The notes under the pieces were generated by a model. The model ran no database searches and was not told the origin of the DNA. It saw only the letters and a list, made by a program, of their open reading frames with translations. From positions 1-64,000 of the forward strand of contig JBJCIZ010000868.1 of the NCBI GenBank assembly GCA_051294375.1: a stretch of DNA of 64,000 nt, given 5' to 3'. Within the stretch, counting starts at the first letter, position 1. Each line of letters opens with the position of its first letter. Positions 1 to 9,304 of the stretch are shown in pieces. The position numbers and the translations under genes are program-made. The stretch comes from Paraspadella gotoi. Its lineage: Eukaryota > Animalia > Chaetognatha.

Positions 1-86
1 ACTAGCTCGCTCACGGCGTTACGGTAAAATCCTCAATAGTTAGTATTTGTATGTTTCAAAACACATTTTAAAATTTTCAAAACAAC

Positions 87-256
87 ATGGCGCCGTCGTC
101 TGCTCATGTGCCGAAACCTGCCGAGAGATGGCGCCGTTGTCTGCTCATGTGCCGAAACTTGCCGAGAGATGGCGCCGTCGTCTGCTCATGTGCCGAAACT
201 TGCCAAGAGATGGCGCTAAATATAATTTTGTGCCGAAACTTGCCGAGAGATGGCGA
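87..256. repeat. 41-bp tandem repeat, ~4 copies (putative left subterminal array)
   Basis: ATGGCGCCGTCGTCTGCTCATGTGCCGAAACTTGCCGAGAG units start at 87, 128, 169 and 210; a partial unit starts at 250. Confidence 0.9.
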
Positions 257-879
257 ATAAGAAACATGACAGTGTGTTGAAACTTGCTTTTAAGCTTTTA
301 ACCTTTTGTTAACTGATTGCCTGCCATTTAGTTATACCGTAACTTGCTAGAGGTTTTTTTTTACTTTTGCTTTTTTTAAAAAAATCGGATCGAAAGAAAA
401 TCAAAAGATTTTTTTATTTTTGAAAGAACTATAAACTAGTATTATCTTCTCCTTCTTCCTCTTCCTCTTCTTCGATCTCAACTTCGATGGCCATCTGAGT
501 AAAAAAATTGACAAGGGAAAAAAAGAAAGAGGTGAACTAAAACATATGGTGCGTGAGAATCGCGACGACGCGTGAGAATTGCGTTTTGACTGAAAAATAG
601 TGATTACCTTTTAGAGAGATTATTTTTTTGGTTTAGTTTAATTGAAATAACTTTCTTTTTTTAATAATTACAATAGAAAAAAAGATAAGTAATAATTTAG
701 ATAGAATTGTTAATTATTTATATATATTTTTTTCTGATTAGTTATTTAGTCAAAATAAAAAAAAATTGCGAATTACATAGACCCAGCCACTGGTACTTCA
801 TACCTTTTTTTGAAATGAGGGAGATATTGGCAAAAGCCCATTCTTTTCTCTGTTCCTTTCATTTTAGTTCGTTAGCATC

Positions 880-1468
880 ATGAGCTTTACCAGTTGCAAA
901 ATTTGTTTTCAGACTTTTTCTAATCAAGTTCGTTTCTAAAAATCCTTTTATTTGCCTTGTTTACATCTTATTTGTAAAAGTTGTAAGGACAAACTTCACC
1001 GGTGCCCGTAAGTTTTTTTTAAATGAAATTTAATTTTTAAAAAAAATTTTTTTAATGAATATAACAAAAAAGGTTTTGTCGTCGCCCTATTAAAGTCGCT
1101 TGTCCGAAATGTCGTTATCCTGAATGTCATCCTCCATTGAGAAATGCCGAAACTTTTGCAAAGTCGGTGGATGCTTATATGTTAAAAAAAAAGCAAGTAA
1201 AGACTTTGAAAAAAAAAATTACTAAATTACACAGGTTGGTTTTTTTTGGCAAATAGAAAAAAAAAACGACTTGGGGGGAAAAACAACTCTTTTTTTTTTA
1301 ATCAAGGAAAAAGTCAATCATGGAAGAATCTTATCTACTCCTTCGCGTTCTCTGAAAATACCGCCTCAGATCGCTCGCTCATCTTGGGAAAAGTTTAAAC
1401 GCAAGGAAAGGATCCGTAATTGGCCCTTTGGATTTTCAAGAGATATCCGCACCTCCGCCCCTTTCGTT
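880..1468 (+). pseudogene. Spliced C3HC4 RING-finger gene (putative E3 ligase) with in-frame stops
   Basis: ATG880 MSFTSCKIC..*KSFYLPCLHLICKSCKDKLHRC-P, GT-AG intron 1008-1072, then FCRRPIKVACPKCRYPECH. Splicing restores the CPFCR RING end. A second intron at ~1235-1306 is likely. Confidence 0.8.
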
Positions 1469-2162
1469 GTGAGTACTAACCTCGTTTCTTTGCTGTAGTT
1501 CGATTGTTTCTGGTCTTTCTTCCTTCTTGGTAGAGTGCCATAGCTTCTCCTTCTTCTTTTGTAATGAAAGACGACGACGGACGACGACGATGACGATTCC
1601 AGTAACTGACGACCCGCGATTTTAATTCTTTAATATAGGAAAAAAAAAAATTTTTTTGGTTTTATCTACTAAACATTTTTTTTTAAAAAAAATAAACGAA
1701 AAAAATATTACCATGTTAAGAAATTTTAATTTTTGCATTGCGTTTGTCGTTGCGTTGCTCTTTGAATTAGTCCTCGTTGTCGTCGACGCCGTTGTCTTTG
1801 TCGAGGTTGTCGTCATGGTCGTTGTCGTGGTCGTCGTCGTCATCTTTGCCGTTTTTGATGGAAACCAAAAGTCGTCGTCCCAAACTGATTGACCGCTTGA
1901 AAAAAAGGTTGATGAAAGTTTTTTTTAATACAATGTAATGTAAAATTACTTTTTTTATTAATACTTACTTAATTTGAATTAAAGTTAGAATTGTAAAAAT
2001 AAAAATAATTTTATGAAATGATGGCGACATTTTGTTTCTTTAGGTTGGGGGGGCAAAAAGAAGTTTTTCCTTGGTTTGTTATCTTCATTTATAAAAAAAA
2101 TCATATTCAACAAAAAATTTTTTTTATGATTTATAGCTGTTTTTTTTTAAATTTCTTATCAG

Positions 2163-2598
2163 GACTGGTGACGCCCTTCACCAAGACGAAAAGGAACTCA
2201 AAAAAATATCAATATATTATTTTGGCAAGATTCCAGTTATTGAAGATGATTTATATTTTTCTGGTGGTCTTAGGGTATATCGGGAACTTGATAAATTAAA
2301 GTCGTTTAAATCTAACATTTTGGGGGATGTTGAACAATATAAAAAGGTCAAGGAATATATCATTAAAGATCCTCGTCGAAAGGCTAAATGTGGTGGCCCG
2401 ATTTACTTACTTTCTTCAAGGCTTGGTGCCTCAGTTTAACTTGTTTGTTTTAGCGATTCTAGTCCAACTAGAATCGAGTTGATTATTTCTCGTATCAGAG
2501 ACGGTCAAGATTGTTTTTATTTTGAAAAATGACATCTTATTATTCTTAATGAAGATTTTATTGAGGAATTCTTTTCCTATGTTAATACTTTGATTTGA
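2163..2598 (+). pseudogene. Orphan ORF remnant
   Basis: Frame YYFGKIPVIEDDLYFSGGLRVYRELDKLKSF...EEFFSYVNTLI* with two internal stops, downstream of an AG acceptor. Confidence 0.4.
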
Positions 2599-2706
2599 TC
2601 TTCTCTCTCTCTCTCTCTCTTGGTTTGTTTTTTCGTTTTGAAGTTTAATTGGTTTATATATAATTTTTTTTTAAGGTTTAAGCTTAGAATACAGATATTA
2701 AAAAAA

Positions 2707-3352
2707 ATGGCCGACTTTGATTCTGCTGACCAACCTTATGAATTTAAAACGTAATAATATTTTTTTATTTAAAAAAAAACTAGTTTTTTTAGTATATATT
2801 AATTCTCTTTTTTTATTTTTTTATAGCGAAACAATTCAAGTGGGTACTTTTTTAAGTAAAATGAGATATCATTATAGAAGAGTGAGACTATACACTAAAA
2901 CTTTATTCGCAATATATTTGGAAATGGATACTGCAATTGAAAAAATTGGAGAAAATATTCACATCAAATATCCCGATGAAGATGAGTCTTTTTACGATCC
3001 AATAACTGAATTTTTAACAGATATGGTTTCTGGTATTTTTACATGTGGAAAGATCTTAACATGTATTAGAAAATACTATTTGATAGTGAAAGGGGGTGAA
3101 TTTGTCAAGGGTTGTGTATCCGCAGAAAGGCTTCGTTCGGCAACTTGTTCAGCAAACTCTTCAGCTATTTATAATGTTTTTATTAAATGGAGGGAAATTG
3201 CCCGTTATGTCACGAGCGATTCTTCTCTTAATTTAGAGTATTTAATGTCTCCTTATGAAACAGACCTAGAGCACATGTTCCTTACCAGGCTCGATCTTTC
3301 TACCATAGTCGATTTGCTTTATTGGGGCGGAGTATTGTTCTGTGAGCATTGA
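2707..3352 (+). CDS. Spliced orphan protein (~189 aa); exons 2707-2750 and 2827-3352
   Basis: MADFDSADQPYEFK-T joined by a GTAATA..TTATAG 76-bp intron in correct phase to ETIQVGTFLSKMRYHY...VLFCEH*. Confidence 0.65.
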
Positions 3353-3538
3353 TTAATTAATTAAAAAAAAACAACTTTTTTTTTGTCATTAGATATTACT
3401 TAAAAAAAAAACCCCTTGGAAGTTAATAGGAGGAAAAAAATAAGAAATAAATTCTTTTGTTTGTTTAAGGTAATTTATAAATAAGCATTTTTTAATTATT
3501 TATAATATAAAAAAATCTTAATGCTTTTTTTAGAAAAC

Positions 3539-4118
3539 ATGGATCTTACCTCTATAATGTCGATGTTGAGACGGGCCACCATCAAAATTGAATTTTTAGC
3601 AAAAAAGTAGGGGAAATAAGATGCGTTTTTTGATGATGGCGGACTCTTTGAGACATTACTTTCAATACTATCATCGCACTTCATCGTTTTTGGATGTGGA
3701 TATCTTATCTCGTTGTTTTAATAAAGAAAATCGAAATTGGTTTGTTCCTCAGGACCTTTATCAGTTTAAATATTTGACTGATTCTCTCGATTCTTTTCAC
3801 TTAAATTTAAAAGACTCTATCACTTGGGTTACTATTCAAAATGAAATGGAAAATAATGAAATGTTTGAATTGATCTTTCTCATGGTTCGCAGATTAGATT
3901 ATGTAGCTCAGCAAACTACTCTAATCTTTTCTTACAAACAAATTATTCTTACTTTTTTTGATATTTATAATAGGGGCGTTCCTGACAATCAGATTTATGA
4001 TTTACTCAGTCCTAAGTTTTATCTTGCCGCTCTGGATCGATACAATTTTTGGAAAGAAACCTTAAATTTTCTTTTTTCTATTTCTTACCTTCCGGTCGAT
4101 AAATTTGAGTTTAATTAA
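3539..4118 (+). CDS. Orphan protein (~190 aa; homopolymer frameshift near 3605)
   Basis: MDLTSIMSMLRRATIKIEFLAK joined to ORF 3621-4118. The second copy reads this segment in frame (LAKVGNNIVLIMTNSLRHY). Confidence 0.55.
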
Positions 4119-4225
4119 TTCGATCCTCACTTAATTCTTTCTAATACCTATCCAAACGTTTTTCATATTTCCGTCGTTTCTAATGATTTAAGACTGAAAA
4201 ACATTGTTTAAAAAAATTTTTTTAG

Positions 4226-4950
4226 ATGGAGGTCGCTTTAAAAAAATACTATCATTTTACTACTTCGATCGCAGCTATTTTTGAAAGAATAGACTCTTTG
4301 TATACATTTTTTTGGACTTTGGCTTATGGAACTGAAATATGGAACGTTTGTGCTTATAAAGTTTTTAAAGATCATCCTGATTTTGCAAACGCTGAAAGTT
4401 TTGAAAGGAAGGTTCAACTCGGCGCTCATGCCTTGGGAGAATTAATTATTCTTTATTTGGACCTGGATGAAATGACCCCAACCTTTTTAAAGGTTTTTAA
4501 AGAAATTAAGGACAATAATCGGAATATTTATTTCTGGCTTTGACGTTAAAGGAATAAGGCGCTCTATTTCATACACTGTATTTTGCTTGAAACAACTTCA
4601 TCTTCATCTTAACGATTTGCACGAGATGGAAGCTATCATGTTGCAATTTGGGGCGGATAAAAAAGCTGTGAAGTAATTAAAAAAAAACATACAGGCACAT
4701 AAACACATTCATTTTGTTTAATATTTTTTCTTCTTTTTTTATTTTTGCCCCTAAAAAAAAGAAGCTTTTTTAAAACCAGTTATTTTTCCACTTCTATTGC
4801 CGAGATACAAGCATTTTGGACAGAAAAGGCCGAACCTCTCATTCAATTTGAAACAATTGAAAATCCGATGGCTAGTTCTTGTCAAATGCCTCGACTGTTT
4901 TTTTTCCGTTTTAAGAATCGATATCATCGTTCTTGCGATTGCTTTTACTA
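4226..4950 (+). pseudogene. Orphan, probably spliced protein with frameshifts
   Basis: ORF 4226-4543 continues in a shifted frame (IFISGFDVKGIRRSISYTVFCLKQLH...KKAV). A GTAATT donor at ~4673 precedes an AT-rich intron-like stretch, then FFKTSYFSTSIAEIQAFW. Confidence 0.45.
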
Positions 4951-6963
4951 TCTCTCTCTCTCTCTCTCTCGGCTCTATTTATTTATTTTATTTGCCGTGG
5001 CGTGTTTTTTTTTTTAGTTAAGCTTCTTTAAAAAAAAAGAAAAGAAAAAATGCCTGTTTATGCTAAACATAAACGATTGAAATTATCCCGTTACAATCAA
5101 AGCGGTACTGGGGCTGTTACCAGATCTATGGCTAGAAAACTTGCCTATATTTCGTCGGAGAATAGAGCTTTTGGATTCTACTTTAAATCACCTCGTTCGA
5201 GGAATAGAAGATAGGTTGGAGCTTGGTAGTGGAGCCGTCTCTAAAAAAGCAATAAACTTTACACTCTCTATCTTTAAGTATGCTCCCATAAAAGTGGGAA
5301 GTTTTTTCCCTACTCCCGAATGGTTGAAACTCTCTCGTTCCGTCATCAAAGTCAAATGCTTTGACGATAATTGCGTTTTATACTGCATCCTGGCTAAACT
5401 CTTTCCCGTCAAACATAACCCTAATCGACCTTTGGCTTACCGTCATCATTTAGATCGAATAAATATCGAGGGTTTGATATTTCCCTTGACGGTGAGAGAC
5501 TTGAACAAATTGGAAAAGCTGAATCCTTTTTTGGCAGTTAACATTTTCTCCATCGACGACGACGAAGACGAGAACAAATTTAATTGCTCAAGATTGTTTT
5601 ATTGTCGAAATTGTCTCACCCCTCACAGGTCAAAAGTTGGTTTAAAAAATCACAAAGTCGCTTGTTACAATCTGGTCTCTCCTCAGACCGTGGAAATGCC
5701 TAAACCGGGCTCAATCAAGCGATTTAATTGTTACAAGGCGTTTTATAAGCAACCTTTTTTAATAACCTTTGATACAGAAACCGTTCAAGAGAACGTTTTG
5801 CTCATTGAGAAGGAAGAAGAGATTCAACTGGAGACTTCAGTTCCTAGAATTTTTGATTGGGTCAAGACTAAAACCGAGTTGATTCATACAGAGAAATGTT
5901 GCTCTTGCACCGCCATTGGTCCTTGTTCTCGCTTGAAGCCAAAATCGGGAGTTAGTTCTAACCTATCTCTCATTAACTGGGCCTATGAGATCAGACCCCT
6001 TTACAACAAGTTGCCTTCTACGATTCGAGGCCAAACCGGGAGGGGAGATAATATTTTTGAATCTTTATTAAAAAGTTTACAGTTTGACTTAAGTTGATTG
6101 TCGGGGATAATGAAACAAAATTTTCCTATTTACATGTCCCCTCTGGATTTCATATCTCACGAAGAAGCGACCGAGTGTTACGCCTGTAAATTAACATTTA
6201 ATCACAAAGACCCATACTTTTGCAAGACCACGGATCATAATCACTTAGTGAATCCTTATCCTCTTGACGGTTCCGGGCCTATATCTAATTACAACGGAGT
6301 GGCCTGTTCGCGTTGTAATCTCGCCATGAAGCCGCCGCCTTACATCCCAATATTTACTCACAATGCCCAAAATTTTGATAACTCAATAATTATGCAATGC
6401 CTGGCCACTTCCAGAGGTAAAGACTATGTTCGAAAAGTGTATAGAGTCATAGCTAAAGGCCCTGAAAAATATACTTGTTTAGAACTCAGCTTTTATTGTA
6501 CGCCCTGTGTAATGAAGAAGAAGAAGAAGAAGAACTTGGGAGAACGGACCGCCGAAGAGGATTGTCGATTGTCGATCGATGAAGAGGTTGAGATTTTTGG
6601 ACTCGTTGTCATTTCTTTGCGTCTCTCTCGACAAATTACTGACGGATCTTAAATCTCAATGTGGTTATGGTTGCGGGGCTTGCAGGGGCGGCAATAAAAC
6701 TCCTAAATGTTCTCAGGAATGTGTTTCAAAAAAAGGATTCAAGAACGTCTTTAGATCCACTTACAGATACTTAAAAAATAAGTTGGGCGACTTGGTCGAT
6801 TCTCATTTTTTTGACATTATCAGTAAATTGGCCTTTCCCTATTCTTGGCTCACTCTGGAAAGATTAGAAGACACTTCCTTTCCCCCTTTTAGCGCTTTTA
6901 AAGATTCTTTCACTGGTCGATCGATAGATCGGAAGGATTATGAAAAAAGTTTATTAGGAAAAA

Positions 6964-7043
6964 CAGTTTTGTTTGACAACAATTTATTTGACACAATTTT
7001 AGTCAAACACTGATGAAGGCTCTAAATGAAAGAGCCGAAACAT
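6964..7043 (+). ncRNA. Hammerhead ribozyme motif (Penelope-like)
   Basis: Stem I TGTTTGAC(6970)..GTCAAACA, core CTGATGA(7010), stem II GGCTCT-AAATGAA-AGAGCC, then GAAAC. Confidence 0.8.
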
Positions 7044-7200
7044 GCGAGGCCAGGGCCTCTCGGCGGCGGCGGCGGCGGCCGGCGGAATGCGAGGCCAGGG
7101 CCTCTCGGCGGAGGCGGCGGCGGCAGCGGCGGCCGGCGGAATGCGAGGCCAGGGCCTCTCGGCGGCGAGCGGCGGCGGCGGCGGCGGCGCGGGGGGGACG
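7042..7200 (+). repeat. GC-rich 45-54 bp tandem repeat x3, in frame with the polB C-terminus (MRGQGLSAAAAAAGG)
   Basis: ATGCGAGGCCAGGGCCTCTCGGCGG.. at 7042, 7087 and 7141. Confidence 0.85.
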
Positions 7201-7923
7201 ACGACGACGACGATGATGAAACTGGTGAGGAGGAAAAAGAACGAGGAATGGTCGACGGCATTTTTCGTCAAGAAGAGGGCCAAGGGCGTGGCCCGGTCGA
7301 CGGTGAACCGGGAGATAACGTTCAAGGATTACCTCAAGACGCTCTTCGAGAAAAAGCCCATGACTCACGAATCGAGCTCGATAAGGAGCCTTTGATTTAA
7401 ACTATACATTTATTATGCGAACAAGCTCTCCCTCAGCAGTTTCGATACTAAGCGGTTCCTACTGAAAAACTCGATCGATACTTTGCCCTTCGGTTATCTG
7501 GGACCCCGTCGGGACGACGACGACGACGACGACCCTTGAGTTCGTTTTTGTTTTTTCGTTTTCGTTTCGGTTCTCCTTCTCCTCTTTCTTTTTTTTTTGG
7601 GTCAAATTTTTTTTGGAAGAGATGATGATAATAAAAATTTTTTGAAGCTTTTCTATATAAATTTGTTTTTTTTTTGTGGCTCGCCGGACGAGAGAGAGAG
7701 AGAGAGAACGGTTAGCGAGCTTGCTAGCGAGCGGAGCGAGCGAGCAAGCTCGATAAGATAAAGAAAAAGAAGGAACATTTGTTTTTATTTACACCACACA
7801 TTTATTTCTCAAAAAAAAATAAAAAACGAACGAAGAAAGAAAGGCAAAAGCAATCGCACGCACAAAAAAAAAGAGAGAGAGACGACGACGACGATGATGA
7901 TAGCAATTTTTTTTTCCCTTTCA

Positions 7924-8607
7924 CTAAGAATTCCTCTCGAGGATCCCTCGAGGTTCGACGGGGGGGAGAGAGAAGAGGGTGCTGGCGGAGAAAAGACGAT
8001 GGGCCTCTGGATCGTAAACGAGGGTTATTTTCAGTTGATCCTTGACGACATTTCCCGCGATCGGCGTCGAAATACCAGAATTTTTGACGGCGTCCGATCG
8101 CTCGATCAAGATCCGAGATATTTTTCAGTAAAAAGACTATTTCGGAGTCGGGCGAGGCGCACAGTTCTAACTCCAGGTCTTCCATCTTGGTTCTTCAGAT
8201 TCCGACAACTCTTCAAAGTTGAGACTCACCCGCCCATCCTTTACGAAACAGAGGACCTTCGTTTCGATTCCCGTGGGAGCGTCGACGACGGTGCGCCAAA
8301 AGTGACGTCTGATGGCGAGGGTGATGTATTGGGCCTTGTGAAGCGACAGTTGAGAGCGTTCGGGAATCGTAATGCCTTGGCTAATCTTCTCGACCATGCC
8401 GCAAGCCCTGGAGACGATGTCCGGGAGTAACTCGCGAAGGGAGAGGAATTCGGAATAGTTGAGCCCGACTTTTTGTAAGCCCCGCTTAAAGGAACTCTTA
8501 ACGAAGACGACGAGAGTCTCGTCGTCTCCGGCTCCAAGAGAACTCTCTGCATTTTTCTCTATCTTTACGTGAGTGAAGGGAAAAAGATAATGATTGACTC
8601 CGCCCAT
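7924..8607 (-). pseudogene. Putative tandem PC4/p15-like ssDNA-binding protein, frameshifted
   Basis: KRGLQKVGLNYSEFLSLRELLPDI and YITLAIRRHF..KDGRVSLNFEEL resemble two PC4 IR..KGI.L..E..L signatures. The frame continues through 7802-8185 and 7924-8109. Confidence 0.5.
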
Positions 8608-9304
8608 GGCGCGCGAGAGAGCGAGAGAGAGAGAATTTATTTTATTTTATTTTATTTTATTTTCCTCTGTTCTTTTTCCTAAAATTTTATTTAATGAGAA
8701 TGAGGAAGGGTGGAAACGAAGCCCGCTTTTATAGAGGACTGGCCATGAAAAACCATCCGCCTCCTCCGGCGCCCCCCGCTTCTGGAGGGGGAGGGGGGAA
8801 AAAATGAGGCAAGTAGTAGTAAGAAGGGCCGGGATAGGCCGCCCCACCGGGAGGGGGGGAGGAGGAGGTATTATTTCCTCCCTTAACCTTCGAATCTTCT
8901 TCCTTGTTTCCGCCTTTGATAGGGGGGGAAGAGGGTTGAGGAGTGACCGTTGCAGAAGAGTTTGTTTTCTTTCTCGGTCGAGAAGGCTTTCTTTTTTGCC
9001 TCTTTAATGGGGAAGTACTCTCTCCTCCCCAGTTCTCTTCAAATTCTTCTCCTTCTTCTTCTCCTTCTTCTCCTTCTCCACACTCTTCGATCCCCTTAAA
9101 ACTAAAATGGCAAAAATAGTTTTTTTTTTGGTTTCCTCTTCTCTTACCACCCTTCTTCCCCCCCAAACTCCCGCTTTCCTCACCCTCCTTCTCTAACTCC
9201 AGGAGAAACGCGCGGCAAGTATCGCATATTATTCCTTGATTGAGAGGGCACTAAGAGAAAGAAGAGTAAGAGATTCTGAGATGAAGAAGGACAGAACATA
9301 CTAG

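Larger units (their letters stand above)
5050..7539 (+). pseudogene. polB: Protein-primed family B DNA polymerase (Polinton/Maverick type), catalytic core deleted
   Basis: Motifs: KYAPIKVGSFFPTPEWL..DDNCVLYCILAKLFP, Zn motif CRNCL..HKVAC, ExoI PFLITFDTET, EndoVII-like CYAC..DHNH..ACSRCNL, ExoII HNAQNFD, LRFLDSLSFL, KLAFPYSWL..DYEK. C-terminus KKRAKGV..ITFKDYLKTLF..NKLSLSSFDTKRFLL..TLPFGY. No palm motifs lie between these blocks. Confidence 0.92.

Noticed and set aside
87-256. CRISPR array
   Set aside because: Units are contiguous with no unique spacers, there are no cas genes, and the context is eukaryotic. The same applies to the arrays at 21.4, 25.3, 45.6 and 55.8 kb.
1622-1892. Thr-rich or Val-rich ORFs
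   Set aside because: A (GAC/GTC)-rich tract is open in several frames, and the true frame cannot be determined.
6999-7400. Six overlapping ORFs as separate genes
   Set aside because: They are by-products of a GC-rich repeat. Only the KKRAKGV frame has recognisable homology.
880-7539. Stop-codon reassignment suggested by many in-frame TAA/TGA
   Set aside because: Stops are of mixed types and occur with frameshifts, and the host exons and Gypsy A ORFs read normally. Decay or sequencing error is simpler.
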